64,000 nt of DNA. Source: Polyangiaceae bacterium. GTDB taxonomy: Bacteria > Myxococcota_A > Polyangia > Polyangiales > Polyangiaceae. Made by a program: the position numbers and the translations under genes. The stretch is taken from positions 129,508 through 193,507 of the forward strand of contig JAXLYP010000017.1 of the NCBI GenBank assembly GCA_046351395.1. The letters run 5' to 3'. The notes under the pieces are model-generated. The model was not told the origin of the DNA. It saw only the letters and a program-made list of their open reading frames with translations, and ran no database searches. Every line of letters begins with the position of its first letter. Within the stretch, counting starts at the first letter, position 1. Shown piece after piece: positions 49,207 to 58,937 of the stretch.

Positions 49207-50025
49207 TCATGGCGCGCTCGGATTGAACACGCGCCACGCGTCGTTCCGGCGGGAGCGACGCGTTGAACGTGAACGGCACGACGCTCTCGAGGAAGTGACG
49301 CCCTGCTCCATGGCTATCCTCCGATCGCCGTCCGCGAAGCCGAGCGCGCGGACGAGCGTCGTGCTCGGTGAACCCACCGCGACGCGGAGCGTGTCGATGG
49401 GGGTGGACGTGGGCTCGAGCTTCGCCGCGCGCAGCGTCGCGTGATCTCGCATCCACGCGAGGTGGGCCTCCGGCGGTTCGGGGAGGCCGCCGAGCGCGTA
49501 GCCGCGCACGACGTTGAACGGGATGTCGTCGAGGATCACGACCGGAAACCGGGGCGCGTCGCGATCGTTCTTGGGGAACCCGGGGCTCGGCTCTCCGACC
49601 GCCATGTGAGGGAACACGCCGGTGTCCGCGGGAGGGTCGAAGAGCGTGCGCAGGACCAGGAAGACACCCTCGCGCCCGCCGTCCTCGAAGGACGAGCTCA
49701 CGCGGAGGTACTCGTGAGCACCGCGATCGCGGTGGTCTTGCCGAGGGTTGGAGGGCGTTGACCCCGCCGGATCAGCCGGAGCGGATGCCCGACGGAGTTG
49801 TACGACGGGACGGCGTCGATCGTGCGGAGGAGATCGCGCAGCGCCGCCTCTAGAGTCGAGCTTGGGGCGCTCCTTTTCCGCCGAACACGTACTGCACGCG
49901 ATTGTCTGCTTGCAAGTGCACGCTCCCAGGTGGCGAACGTCATGTGCCCATAGGTCCATACCGCCAGATCGTCGCCGTGCGCATCCGCCGGCATGATCCC
50001 CCGGGATCGTCCGCTTAGTGCGCAC
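49207..50025 (-). CDS. Fragmentary ORFs with P-loop NTPase-like motifs (possibly one gene broken by frameshifts); low confidence
   Basis: Adjacent frames carry LIRRGQRPPTLGKTTAIAVL (Walker-A-like) and, downstream, PRFPVVILDDIPFN (Walker-B-like hhhhDD). Composition is protein-like in patches only. Local GC lower than flanks. Confidence 0.25.
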   Translation of the reverse strand: MRTKRTIPGDHAGGCARRRSGGMDLWAHDVRHLGACTCKQTIACSTCSAEKERPKLDSRGGAARSPPHDRRRPVVQLRRASAPADPAGSTPSNPRQDHRDRGAHEYLRVSSSFEDGGREGVFLVLRTLFDPPADTGVFPHMAVGEPSPGFPKNDRDAPRFPVVILDDIPFNVVRGYALGGLPEPPEAHLAWMRDHATLRAAKLEPTSTPIDTLRVAVGSPSTTLVRALGFADGDRRIAMEQGVTSSRASCRSRSTRRSRRNDAWRVFNPSAP

Positions 50026-50340
50026 GTCGTCGGGCGGGCCGAGGAGCGCCTGCGTCCGCGGCGTCCATGCCCGGCTTCACCTTGGCGACGCTGCCGCGAA
50101 GTCGCGCGAACGGGGGCAGGCGCTGCCACGTCCCGCTTCGAGGAGGCGGAGGCCGCCGGGGCTCGCGGCGCGCGTTGGGACGCCACCGCCGAGACCGAGG
50201 GCTCGCCGGTCTGCGGCGCGGAGCACGCGGCGAGCCCGGCGAGGATTGCCGCGACGGTCGCGACCCGCGGCCACCCGTTCGGCGCACGGCTCGTCTTCTC
50301 GCCTAGAGGTTCCATCCCCGTGAGGTATACCCGAGGGACC

Positions 50341-51378
50341 GTGCGCGTGCGGCTCGCCCTCGTCGCCTCGATCGCGCTCCCCGCCTGCGGCGCTCGCACG
50401 TCGCTCCGCGAGGACGCGGAGGCGGTCGCCTCGACCGCGGAGGCGTCGAGCAGCGCGAGCAGCGGTGAGGGGGGCTGCTCGCCGACGACGCTCGAGGCAG
50501 ACAGTCCGGGGGTGGAGTTCCTCGTGGCCGAGGGGGAGCAGGTCTTCTACGTCACGCGCGATCACCGCGTGATGGCGGCGAATCTGGACACCGCGGAGGC
50601 CACGCTGCTCACGGCCACGTCGCCCATGGCGCTCGCGGGCGCGGTGACGGCGTTCGGAGACTTCGTCTACTACGCGGACGACAACGTCGTCTGGCGCGTC
50701 TCCAAAGCGGGCGGAGCGCCCGAGGCGCTGACGGAGAAGATCCCGCAGCTCTTCAACCTCACGGCGGACGCGTCGGGCCTCTACTGGACGCAAGGGGGCG
50801 GACCCGTCGCGGCGCGCGATATCATCCGGCGTCGGCCCGATGGGACGCGCATCACCATCGCGTCCCAGCAGCACGGGGTGTTCGGGATCCTGCCTCTGCC
50901 CGAGGGGATCGTGTTCTCGACGCAATCGGACGACTCCGGCGTGTTCCTCGCCAGCCCCGACGGCGGCGCGGTCACGGCGATCGTCACGGGGCTGCCGCAG
51001 CCGCGCTACCCCTTCGCCCACGGCGGGTGGATCCACTGGGTCGAGGAGACGGACGTCGACAAGCAGGGCTTTGGCGCGGTCGCGCGCGCGAAGCTCGATG
51101 GATCGGGCTACGAGCGCGTCCTCGTAGAGGGCGACCCGGCGATCGTGACGACGCGTGCCGTGACCGACGGCGTCCACACGTTCGCCGTACGCGTCGCCGC
51201 GAACTACAGCGTCGTCGCGGCGGATTACCCCGTCGCGACCGACGTCGTGACGGTCCGCGAGAGCCCGTTCCCGATCAGCGCGCTCTCGCTCACGCTCACT
51301 CCGAAGCGACTCGTCTTCACGTTCACGGAGCCGTCCGGGGAGCCGAGCATCGAGTCCGTGTGCCTCGCCGATCTCTAG
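50341..51378 (+). CDS. Putative beta-propeller lipoprotein (YWTD/DUF5050-like repeats)
   Basis: VRVRLALVASIALPACGA lipobox after a GTG. Repeated blades (VFYVTRDHRVMAANLD, FVYYADDNVVWRVSKAGG, LYWTQGGGPVAARDIIRRRPDG, IVFSTQSDDSGVFLASPDGG, WIHWVEETDVDKQGFGAVARAKLDGSG). Confidence 0.6.
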   Translation: MRVRLALVASIALPACGARTSLREDAEAVASTAEASSSASSGEGGCSPTTLEADSPGVEFLVAEGEQVFYVTRDHRVMAANLDTAEATLLTATSPMALAGAVTAFGDFVYYADDNVVWRVSKAGGAPEALTEKIPQLFNLTADASGLYWTQGGGPVAARDIIRRRPDGTRITIASQQHGVFGILPLPEGIVFSTQSDDSGVFLASPDGGAVTAIVTGLPQPRYPFAHGGWIHWVEETDVDKQGFGAVARAKLDGSGYERVLVEGDPAIVTTRAVTDGVHTFAVRVAANYSVVAADYPVATDVVTVRESPFPISALSLTLTPKRLVFTFTEPSGEPSIESVCLADL

Positions 51379-51401
51379 AGGACCGCGCCGCGATCCCCTG
51401 A

Positions 51402-52577
51402 TCAGCTTCGCTTGAGCCGGTCGAACGCGGCGAGCGCGAGCTCGACCGCGCCCTCGCTCGTCGCCGCCGTGGCGGAGAGGTGACCAATCTTGCGACCGGG
51501 GCGCGCGCCTCGCTTGCCGTAGAGGTGGAGTCGCACGCCCGACAGCGAGAGCGCGTCGTGGAACGCGGGCTCGCCGTCCCCGACCCAGAGATCGCCGAGC
51601 AGGTTCACGATCGCCGCGGGCCGCAGCGCCTCCGCCGAGCCGAGCGGCATGTCGCACACGGCGCGCGCGTGCTGTTCGAACTGACTCGTCGCGCACGCGA
51701 TCTGCGTCGCGTGGAAGCTGTTGTGCGGACGCGGCGCGAGCTCGTTCACGAGGAGCTCGCCGTCAAGCACGAAGAGCTCGACGACGAGCAGGCCGACGGC
51801 GTCGAGCTGGACGGCGATCTGCCGTCCGATCTCCGCCGCGCGCGTCGCCATCGCCGCGGGGATGGGCGCGGGGATCACCGACCACTTGAGGATCCGCTCC
51901 TCGTGGTGATTCTTGGCCGGCGGGTAGACGACGATCTCTCCGCTCGGGCTCCGCGCGACGAGCACGGAGAGCTCGCCTTCGATCGGCAGCCCCTTCTCCA
52001 CGACCGCCGAGAGGCGCGCGGACGGACCCGCGAGGAGGTCGAACGCGGATTGGCTCTCGGCCGCGGAGCGGATCTCGACCTGGCCGCGGCCGTCGTACCC
52101 ACCCGTCGCCGCCTTCACGAAGCACAGCCCGCCGTCCTCGGCGTCCGCGTGGAGCGCACGGAACGCAGCCGCGATCTCGTGCGCGCTCGAGACGACGCGG
52201 AACGCGCCCACGGGGAAGCCCTCCCGCTCGAGCCACGCCTTCTGCACCACGCGGTCTTGGATGATCTCGAGCACCGCGGGCGAGGGGTGCACAGGCGCGT
52301 GCTTCTCCGCGGCCCGCAAGCTCGACAGGCTGATCTTCTCGATCTCCAGCGTGATGACGTCGCTCCGGTGAGCGAGCCACGCGGCGGCGACCTCGTCGTC
52401 GAACGGCGCGGTGATGCACTCCTCGACGACGAAGCGCGCGGCGCACGACGGATCCGGATCGAGGACGCGGATGTGGTACCCGAGCTCGCGCGCCGCCATC
52501 GCCGTCATGCGCCCGAGCTGGCCTCCGCCCAGGATGCCGATCGTCGCTCCGGGGCCCAAACGTCGTACGCGCGCCAT
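51402..52577 (-). CDS. purK: N5-carboxyaminoimidazole ribonucleotide synthase
   Basis: ATP-grasp. GILGGGQLGRM. 391 aa. ATG overlaps purE stop (ATGA). Confidence 0.9.
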   Translation of the reverse strand: MARVRRLGPGATIGILGGGQLGRMTAMAARELGYHIRVLDPDPSCAARFVVEECITAPFDDEVAAAWLAHRSDVITLEIEKISLSSLRAAEKHAPVHPSPAVLEIIQDRVVQKAWLEREGFPVGAFRVVSSAHEIAAAFRALHADAEDGGLCFVKAATGGYDGRGQVEIRSAAESQSAFDLLAGPSARLSAVVEKGLPIEGELSVLVARSPSGEIVVYPPAKNHHEERILKWSVIPAPIPAAMATRAAEIGRQIAVQLDAVGLLVVELFVLDGELLVNELAPRPHNSFHATQIACATSQFEQHARAVCDMPLGSAEALRPAAIVNLLGDLWVGDGEPAFHDALSLSGVRLHLYGKRGARPGRKIGHLSATAATSEGAVELALAAFDRLKRS

Positions 52578-53122
52578 CAGAGCACCGTCTGGTGGAGCAC
52601 CTCGTCGCGGCGCTTCTCTCGGTACGCGCGGAGCACTCCGCGCACCTCGGGGTGTTTGTTCGCGACGATCGCGGCGGCGAGGAACGCCGCGTTCGCCGCG
52701 CCCGCCTTCCCGATCGCGAGCGTGCCGACCGGGATCCCCTTCGGCATCTGCACGATCGACATCAACGCGTCGACGCCCTGGAGGCCTGTCGTCGGCATCG
52801 GCACGCCGAGCACGGGCAGGAGCGACTTGGACGCCACCATGCCCGGCAGGTGCGCGGCGCCGCCCGCGCCCGCGATGATCACCTCGACGCCACGGGCCTC
52901 GGCGCTCTCGGCGAACTCGAACATCATGTCCGGCGTCCTGTGCGCGGAGACGACGCGCGCCTCGTGCGGGATGGCGAGCTCGGAGAGGATCTCGAGCGCC
53001 GCCGACATGTACTCGAGGTCGCTTCGGCTCCCCATGATCACGCTCACCCACGGGGGCTCTCCTGCGGAGATCGAGGCGGTGATGGAGCTCACGGACGCAC
53101 CTGCATCCGGGGCCTGTCTCAC
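52577..53122 (-). CDS. purE: N5-carboxyaminoimidazole ribonucleotide mutase
   Basis: [14 protein letters not shown]...AHRTPD...[16 protein letters not shown] motifs. Start may be internal to the listed ORF. Confidence 0.85.
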   Translation of the reverse strand: MRQAPDAGASVSSITASISAGEPPWVSVIMGSRSDLEYMSAALEILSELAIPHEARVVSAHRTPDMMFEFAESAEARGVEVIIAGAGGAAHLPGMVASKSLLPVLGVPMPTTGLQGVDALMSIVQMPKGIPVGTLAIGKAGAANAAFLAAAIVANKHPEVRGVLRAYREKRRDEVLHQTVL

Positions 53123-53247
53123 GGAGGGATGGTCGCGCCTAGTCGTTTCCGCTTCCGGCTTGCGAGGCGCTCCTCCCCCGAGCGACGATGCACCATGGAG
53201 TGTGCTGCCCGAGCTCGCGGAGCGCGCGCGCGGCCGGTCGTCCGCAC

Positions 53248-53736
53248 ATGAATGCTGCGTCTCGAGCGTGCGCCCCGAGCGATCTCGTCCAGCTCCTCGC
53301 CGGCTCGCTCGGCGCCGAGAAGGCGAGCGCGGTCGTGGACACGGCGATGAAGGCGCTCGGCATCTCGGGGGACACGTTGGAGCTCGGCGCCGCGAAGCGC
53401 GTCCTGACGTTCGTCGCGAACATCGACGGCATCGTCGGGGTCACGGGGCGAGTCGCGCTGACCCGCCTGCAGTACGGCACGAGCGCGTCTGGGAGCGTGC
53501 CGATGGTCACGAAGCCCGAGACACGTCCGCTCTCGCTCGTCGTGTCCCTGCTCGCTCCCGATTTGGGGGAGGACCGAGCAGCGCGCCTCGTCGAGGAGAC
53601 CGCCTCCATCCTGAACCTCCCAGGCGAGGTGGATCTCGATCAGGCGCTCACGCTCCTCGAGCGGATCACGCGCATGAGCGGCGTCGTCGGCGTGGCCGCG
53701 CGCTTCGCGAAGACTCGGATCCACCTCTCATGGTGA
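53248..53736 (+). CDS. Hypothetical protein
   Basis: [53 protein letters not shown]... 162 aa. No domain recognised. Confidence 0.4.
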   Translation: MNAASRACAPSDLVQLLAGSLGAEKASAVVDTAMKALGISGDTLELGAAKRVLTFVANIDGIVGVTGRVALTRLQYGTSASGSVPMVTKPETRPLSLVVSLLAPDLGEDRAARLVEETASILNLPGEVDLDQALTLLERITRMSGVVGVAARFAKTRIHLSW

Positions 53737-53826
53737 ACGAGCGCCCCGTTCGGCCCGTCGAGCGCCACGCCCCCGCGCGCCTCGGAGCGGGCTCAGAGAG
53801 GTCCGGGGCGCGTGGAGGCGAACCGC

Positions 53827-55143
53827 ATGAGCTGCTGTCACTACGTCGCTGAACCAGGCTTCGAGAGCGCGTTCACCGTGGACGCTTCGCGCGTCACCTT
53901 CGGTCGGGGCGCGATCCGCGAGGTCGGCGCGCGGTGCCGCAGGCTCGGCCTGCGGCGTGTCGCGCTCTTCACGGACGCTCGCGTGCGCGGGCTCGCGCTC
54001 TTCGAGCGCGCGCGAGAGTCCCTCGTCTCCGCGTCGATCGACGTGGTCGTGTACGACGGGGTCCGCGTGGAGCCGACGGACGAGTCCCTCGCCGAAGCGA
54101 TCGCGTTCGCAAGCGAAGCGCGCGCCGACGGGTACGTCTCGGTCGGAGGAGGCTCGGTCATCGACACGTGCAAGGCCGCGAACCTCTACGCGACGCACCC
54201 CGACAACCTCCTCGCGTACGTGAACGCGCCGATCGGGGATGGTCGCCCGCCTCCGGGGCCGCTCCGACCGCACGTCGCCTGCCCGACCACCTCCGGCACG
54301 GGCAGCGAGGTGACGGCCATCGCCGTGTTCGATCTGCTCTCCATGCAGGCGAAGACGGGGATCTCGAGCCCCGCGCTGCGCCCGACGGAGGCGCTCATCG
54401 ATCCCGACGCGACCGACACGCTGCCGCGCGAGGTCGTCGCGGCGAGCGGGTTCGACGTGCTCTCGCACGCGCTCGAGTCCTTCACCGCGCGGCCGTACGT
54501 CTCACGCGCGCGGAGCGACGACCCGCTCGCGCGGCCGCTCAGCCAAGGCGCGAACCCGTGGAGCGACATCGGCGCGCGCGAGGCGCTCCGATCGATGGGT
54601 GAGCACTTGGTGCGCGCCGCGAACGACCCGCGCGATCGGGACGCGCGCGCCGAGGTGATGTGGGCCGCGACGCTCGCCGGCATCGCGTTCGGGAACGCGG
54701 GGGTCCACATCCCGCACGCCATGAGCTACGCGGTCGCCGGCCTCGTCCGGAGCTACCGCCCGAGCAGCGGCTACCCCGTGGACGAGCCGCTCGTGCCGCA
54801 CGGCGTGAGCGTGATCCTCGGCGCGCCCGCCGCGTTCCGCGCGACCGCCCTCGCGAGCCCGGGCCGGCACCGCGAAGCGGCGCGCCTGCTCGGCGCGACC
54901 CAGGGCGAGGCGACGAGCGCGTCCGACGCGGAGGCGGGCGCGCTCCTCGCGGAGCGGCTGGTCGTCCTCATGCGCGCGCTCGGGATCCCGAACGGCCTCG
55001 CGGGAGTGGGCTACACGCGGGCGGACGTGCCGGCCCTCACCGCGCGCGCTCTCCCGCAGAAGAGGCTCCTCAAGAACGCGCCGATCGACGTCGACGGGCC
55101 CGCGCTCGATCGACTGTTCGAAGCGTCCCTCGGCTGCTGGTAG
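53827..55143 (+). CDS. Iron-containing alcohol dehydrogenase family (hydroxyacid-oxoacid transhydrogenase-like)
   Basis: [11 protein letters not shown] and [13 protein letters not shown]/Fe-ADH motifs, HxxxH metal site ([12 protein letters not shown]). 438 aa. Confidence 0.85.
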   Translation: MSCCHYVAEPGFESAFTVDASRVTFGRGAIREVGARCRRLGLRRVALFTDARVRGLALFERARESLVSASIDVVVYDGVRVEPTDESLAEAIAFASEARADGYVSVGGGSVIDTCKAANLYATHPDNLLAYVNAPIGDGRPPPGPLRPHVACPTTSGTGSEVTAIAVFDLLSMQAKTGISSPALRPTEALIDPDATDTLPREVVAASGFDVLSHALESFTARPYVSRARSDDPLARPLSQGANPWSDIGAREALRSMGEHLVRAANDPRDRDARAEVMWAATLAGIAFGNAGVHIPHAMSYAVAGLVRSYRPSSGYPVDEPLVPHGVSVILGAPAAFRATALASPGRHREAARLLGATQGEATSASDAEAGALLAERLVVLMRALGIPNGLAGVGYTRADVPALTARALPQKRLLKNAPIDVDGPALDRLFEASLGCW

Positions 55144-55154
55144 ATCCGTCCGCG

Positions 55155-55574
55155 ATGCGTCGCTCCGAGTACCGCTGGTTCACGCCGATCACGACGAGGT
55201 GGATGGACAACGACGTCTACGGCCACGTGAACAACGTCACGTACTACAGCTACTTCGACACGGCCGCGAACCTCTACCTCATCGAGGAGGGGGGCCTCGA
55301 CATCCACGCGAGCGGGGTGATCGGCCTCGTCGTGGAGTCGCGCTGCAACTACCTCGCGCCGCTGTCGTACCCCGTCGCGATCGACGCGGGCCTGCGCGTC
55401 GACAAGCTCGGGAACCGCTCGGTCACCTACGGGATCGCCATCTTCGCGCGCGGCGCGGACGCGGCCGCCGCGCACGGCCACTTCGTCCACGTGTTCGTCG
55501 ATCGCTCGACGCGGAAGGCGGTCGCGATCCCCGATCGGCTGCGAGACGCGCTCACTCGGGTCGCCGTCGGCTAG
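55155..55574 (+). CDS. Acyl-CoA thioesterase (4HBT/hotdog fold)
   Basis: [22 protein letters not shown] catalytic motif. 139 aa. Confidence 0.8.
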   Translation: MRRSEYRWFTPITTRWMDNDVYGHVNNVTYYSYFDTAANLYLIEEGGLDIHASGVIGLVVESRCNYLAPLSYPVAIDAGLRVDKLGNRSVTYGIAIFARGADAAAAHGHFVHVFVDRSTRKAVAIPDRLRDALTRVAVG

Positions 55575-55586
55575 TATCCGCAGCCT

Positions 55587-55877
55587 ATGAAGCACTCGGT
55601 CGAGGTTCGAATCGCGGGGCGAGGATCGGTTCGAGACGAGGTCGCGACCGCGAAGGCGGATCAGATCGCGCACTGCGATCTGTGCGGTCAGGACTGCGAC
55701 GCGGTCGCCTCCACGACACGTCGGGGCGATGCGCCTCCGGGCAGCGGAGCGGCGGCCGAGGGATCCTTCGCGTGCAAGGCGTGCCTACGGAGCCTCCTCG
55801 AGGCGATGACCCTCGGCGCGTGGCTCCTCCGGTCCCCCGCCGAGGGCGGGCTGCCCTGGGGCAAGGTCAGCGGCTGA
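55587..55877 (+). CDS. Possible small zinc-ribbon protein (CxxC...CxxC); may be spurious
   Basis: HCDLCGQDCD ... FACKAC. Overlaps about 190 nt with the 3' end of the convergent DUF3556 gene. Confidence 0.25.
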   Translation: MKHSVEVRIAGRGSVRDEVATAKADQIAHCDLCGQDCDAVASTTRRGDAPPGSGAAAEGSFACKACLRSLLEAMTLGAWLLRSPAEGGLPWGKVSG

Positions 55878-57523
55878 TCCCACCTCGAGATCCCACGGCT
55901 GGAGCTTCCGCAGCGCGGCGACCTCGAGCTCGCCGCGTTCCGGTACCCGGTCTTCGCGTCGTGCAGGCGGTACTCCATCGTCCCTCGGCCGAGCGGCTGC
56001 GACTCGACGAAGATGCACCGGAGCTCGCCCTCCTCGAACCCGCACTGCGCCTGGATGGACTCGCAGAGCTGCTCCTGGTGCAGGTGTCCCTCGCCGAAGT
56101 TCCACCCGAGCACCATCCCCGCGACGATCTCGCCGTCCATCCACTCGTAGTCCTCCACGCGATCGACGGCTTTGGGGAGGAGCTTCACGAGCGCGCGGCC
56201 GTGGAGGTGCATCATCCGGAAGCCCACGACCTTGCTGACGAGCGCGACCGCGGTCCCTCGATCGTAGAAGCGCGCGAGCTGATCGTAGACCCACGGGCTC
56301 GTCGTCTTCAGGCGCCCGAGCTTGCGGTACGAGTCGCCGCGGAACAGCCATATCGAGTACGCCCAGTTGCCCGCGTAGTACCGCATCGCGAGGAGGAACG
56401 AGACCCAGCGCGGGTAGAGGTTGCCGAGGAGCGGGAGCCCGACCGACATGCCGACGACGAACACGGCGAGCCACGCGGGGCCGATCGACTGGATCGAAAC
56501 GCCTGGGTGCGCCCAGAACAACGCGAAGCCCGAGTAGACCACCGCGACGTTCCACTCGAGCGGGACGGCCATGGGCACGTTGCTCGTGATGTACCCGTGG
56601 AGCGCGAGCATCAGCGCGATCCCCACGATCGGCTTCGCGCCGAGCGGGGTCACGAGGAACGCGATGGGCACGGCGATCTCGAGCGCGGTGCCGCCGTGGG
56701 CCATCCACGTCGCGAGGCGCGACGGCCGCAGATCGTCCGGGTACGCGCGGTACATCGCCTTTCGGATCCACGCGGCGCGCGTGAGCGGGCCGTTGCTCGT
56801 CATGACGCACGTGACCGTGGGGAAATGATGATTGAGCTTCGAGAACCCCGCGAAGAACCAGAGCGCGAGCTGGACCACCATCGCGGCGGGGAGCCAGCTC
56901 GTCGTCGCCGTGAAGCAGACCAGCACGACCCAGTAATGCTCCGCGCGCGCGGCCAGGAACGCGGTCTTGTCGAGGACGCCGAGCGCGGGGACGAGGATCG
57001 CGAGCGGCAGCAGGTGCTGCAGCTCGAGCGCGGGGGCGACGAGCGCCCGCACCGCGCAGATCAAGAGCGCGAGGTAGAGCGAAACGTCGAGGACGCCGCG
57101 GGTTCGCGCGCCGATGATCGGGGCCGAGGGGAAGAGCGGGAGCTTCGTGGTCCCGGGGCGAAGGAAGTAGAGCGCGCCGCCGAACGGCGGAACGTACCTC
57201 CCGCTGAGCGGACCGCTGCTGCACCCGAGACCGAGGATCTCGAACAGGAGACTCCAGACGATCGCCTTTTGGAACGCGATCGGCTCGAGCCACCACTCGG
57301 GCAAGCGTCCGAGGCTCATCGCGAACGATCCGACGCCGCAGAACAGCGCCCAGCCGAGCACGTAGAGCCCGATCTTCACGACGTAGACCAGGTAGACCGC
57401 GATCGGCGCGCCGTACCCCTGGAGCGCCCACGCGCGCGACACGCGCCGGACACGCTCCGGAAACGGCAGCGTCAGCCACTCGAGGGGATCGTACGGGGGC
57501 GGGGTCGGCGCGAGGAACGGCAC
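55688..57523 (-). CDS. Polytopic integral membrane protein (DUF3556-like); C-terminal about 80 codons look frame-shifted or read-through
   Basis: At least 10 hydrophobic segments. Protein-like up to ...MEYRLHDAKTGY, then R/S-rich nonsense. A different frame reads ELEVAALRKLQPWDLEV... ATG 5 nt after the upstream kinase stop. Confidence 0.65.
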   Translation of the reverse strand: MPFLAPTPPPYDPLEWLTLPFPERVRRVSRAWALQGYGAPIAVYLVYVVKIGLYVLGWALFCGVGSFAMSLGRLPEWWLEPIAFQKAIVWSLLFEILGLGCSSGPLSGRYVPPFGGALYFLRPGTTKLPLFPSAPIIGARTRGVLDVSLYLALLICAVRALVAPALELQHLLPLAILVPALGVLDKTAFLAARAEHYWVVLVCFTATTSWLPAAMVVQLALWFFAGFSKLNHHFPTVTCVMTSNGPLTRAAWIRKAMYRAYPDDLRPSRLATWMAHGGTALEIAVPIAFLVTPLGAKPIVGIALMLALHGYITSNVPMAVPLEWNVAVVYSGFALFWAHPGVSIQSIGPAWLAVFVVGMSVGLPLLGNLYPRWVSFLLAMRYYAGNWAYSIWLFRGDSYRKLGRLKTTSPWVYDQLARFYDRGTAVALVSKVVGFRMMHLHGRALVKLLPKAVDRVEDYEWMDGEIVAGMVLGWNFGEGHLHQEQLCESIQAQCGFEEGELRCIFVESQPLGRGTMEYRLHDAKTGYRNAASSRSPRCGSSSRGISRWDQPLTLPQGSPPSAGDRRSHAPRVIASRRLRRHALHAKDPSAAAPLPGGASPRRVVEATASQS

Positions 57524-57528
57524 TCGCG

Positions 57529-58836
57529 TTAGCGGTAGCGATACAGAAAGAGCGCGGCCAGCACGACGACGGCGGCGACGAGCACCACGACCGCGACGGA
57601 GAGCGCGCGGATCGTCCTCCTCACGGCGATCGACGGGTGCGCGGAAGGCTCCCGAACGGGCTCAGCGCGCGGCGGGGGCGCGATCGAAGCGACGTCCACG
57701 TCGATCTCCACGCTGAGGCGCGCCTCGGGGAGCAGCGCGGGCGCAGCGCGCGCGACGTGGAGGTCGGCGCGCGTCGGGCGCTCGGCCTCCGGTAGCGCGG
57801 GCGCGCGGGAGCTCGGTCGGATCCGGTGTCCGTCGTCCCACGTGATGTCGAGCTCGAGCGGTCCGCTCGGCGTGCGCGCCGTCGTCCGGATCGCTCCTTC
57901 GAAGCCCTCGACGAGCTCGTCGATCGTTTGGAAGCGCATCGTCGGGTGCTTCTCGAGCCCGCGCCGGAAGAAGGTGTCGAGCCCGCGCGGGAGGCTCGGA
58001 TCGAGCACGGTCGCGCGGGGCGGCGCCTCCTGGAGGATGCGCGCGAAGACCTCCGCGTTCGAGCCCTTGAAGGGGCGCTCCCCCGTGATCGCACGGAACA
58101 AGAGGACCGAGAGGGACCAGAGATCGGAGCGGGTGTCGATCTCGTCGTGCGCGCCGATCTGCTCGGGGCTCATGTACTGCGACGATCCGACGAGCATCCC
58201 CGGTAGCGTCAGGCGGGAGGTCGACCACGTCTCTTTCGCGATCCCGAAATCGAGGAGCTTGACGATCTCGCTCCGACCGTCGAGCGCTTGGACGCCGGAC
58301 GAGGCGCCGCGCGGGCGCGCGAAGAACACGTTCGCGGGCTTGAGATCCCTGTGGACGATCGACTTTTCGTGCGCGATCCGAAGGGCGACCGCCATCCCGC
58401 GCAGACAGTCGCGCGCCTCGTTGACCGACAATCGACCCTTTCGTTCGAGCCGCGCGTGGAGCGTCTCGCCGTAGAGGAGCTCCATGACGAGGTACGCGCG
58501 GCGCTCCGACGTCTCCGGGCTCTGGTGGACCCCGTACGCGTACACCTCGGCGAACGCGGGGCCGACGAGGTGCTTCGACACCTGGTACTCCCGCTCGAGC
58601 CGCGCGGGCGCGTCGTCGATGTCGGCGCCTTCGAACGGGACGAGCTTCAGCGCGACGCGGCGGCCGAGCTTCCGATCGTAGGCCGACCACACCTCGCCCA
58701 TGCCTCCGCGCCCGAGCAGGAGCTCCAGCGCGTAGCGCTTGTCGATGAAGGAGAACCCCTTGAGGCTGCTCCCGGGCTTCGTCTCCGACGCGGCTCGATG
58801 GGGGCTCCGCGGCGGAGGGCGCTTCGCTTGGGTCAC
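57529..58836 (-). CDS. Ser/Thr protein kinase with C-terminal TM anchor
   Basis: GTG start 4 nt after AGGAGG (aaggaggcgcGTG). LGRGGMGEVW, HRDLKPANVF, DFGIAKE, SPEQ. C-terminal TM LSVAVVVLVAAVVVLAALFLY. The 1009-aa ORF is an upstream nonsense extension. Confidence 0.85.
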   Translation of the reverse strand: MTQAKRPPPRSPHRAASETKPGSSLKGFSFIDKRYALELLLGRGGMGEVWSAYDRKLGRRVALKLVPFEGADIDDAPARLEREYQVSKHLVGPAFAEVYAYGVHQSPETSERRAYLVMELLYGETLHARLERKGRLSVNEARDCLRGMAVALRIAHEKSIVHRDLKPANVFFARPRGASSGVQALDGRSEIVKLLDFGIAKETWSTSRLTLPGMLVGSSQYMSPEQIGAHDEIDTRSDLWSLSVLLFRAITGERPFKGSNAEVFARILQEAPPRATVLDPSLPRGLDTFFRRGLEKHPTMRFQTIDELVEGFEGAIRTTARTPSGPLELDITWDDGHRIRPSSRAPALPEAERPTRADLHVARAAPALLPEARLSVEIDVDVASIAPPPRAEPVREPSAHPSIAVRRTIRALSVAVVVLVAAVVVLAALFLYRYR

Positions 58837-58937
58837 GCGCCTCCTTTCGCCTCCTAGAATACGGGAGCATCGCGGACCTTGCACGAGGGACTTCTCCGCT
58901 CCCACAACGAGATGTGGGCCGACCGGAGACACCGACC

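Noticed and set aside
51480-53852. 790-aa plus ORF
   Set aside because: Antisense to purK/purE.
55595-55640. tRNA-like T-loop motif ggttcgaatcg
   Set aside because: Flanking bases do not form a T-stem or acceptor stem. No cloverleaf can be drawn. It lies inside an ORF.
55199-57532. 777-aa plus-strand ORF and 55785..57479 minus 564-aa ORF
   Set aside because: Antisense or alternate frame of the DUF3556 membrane protein. D/E/R-rich artefact.
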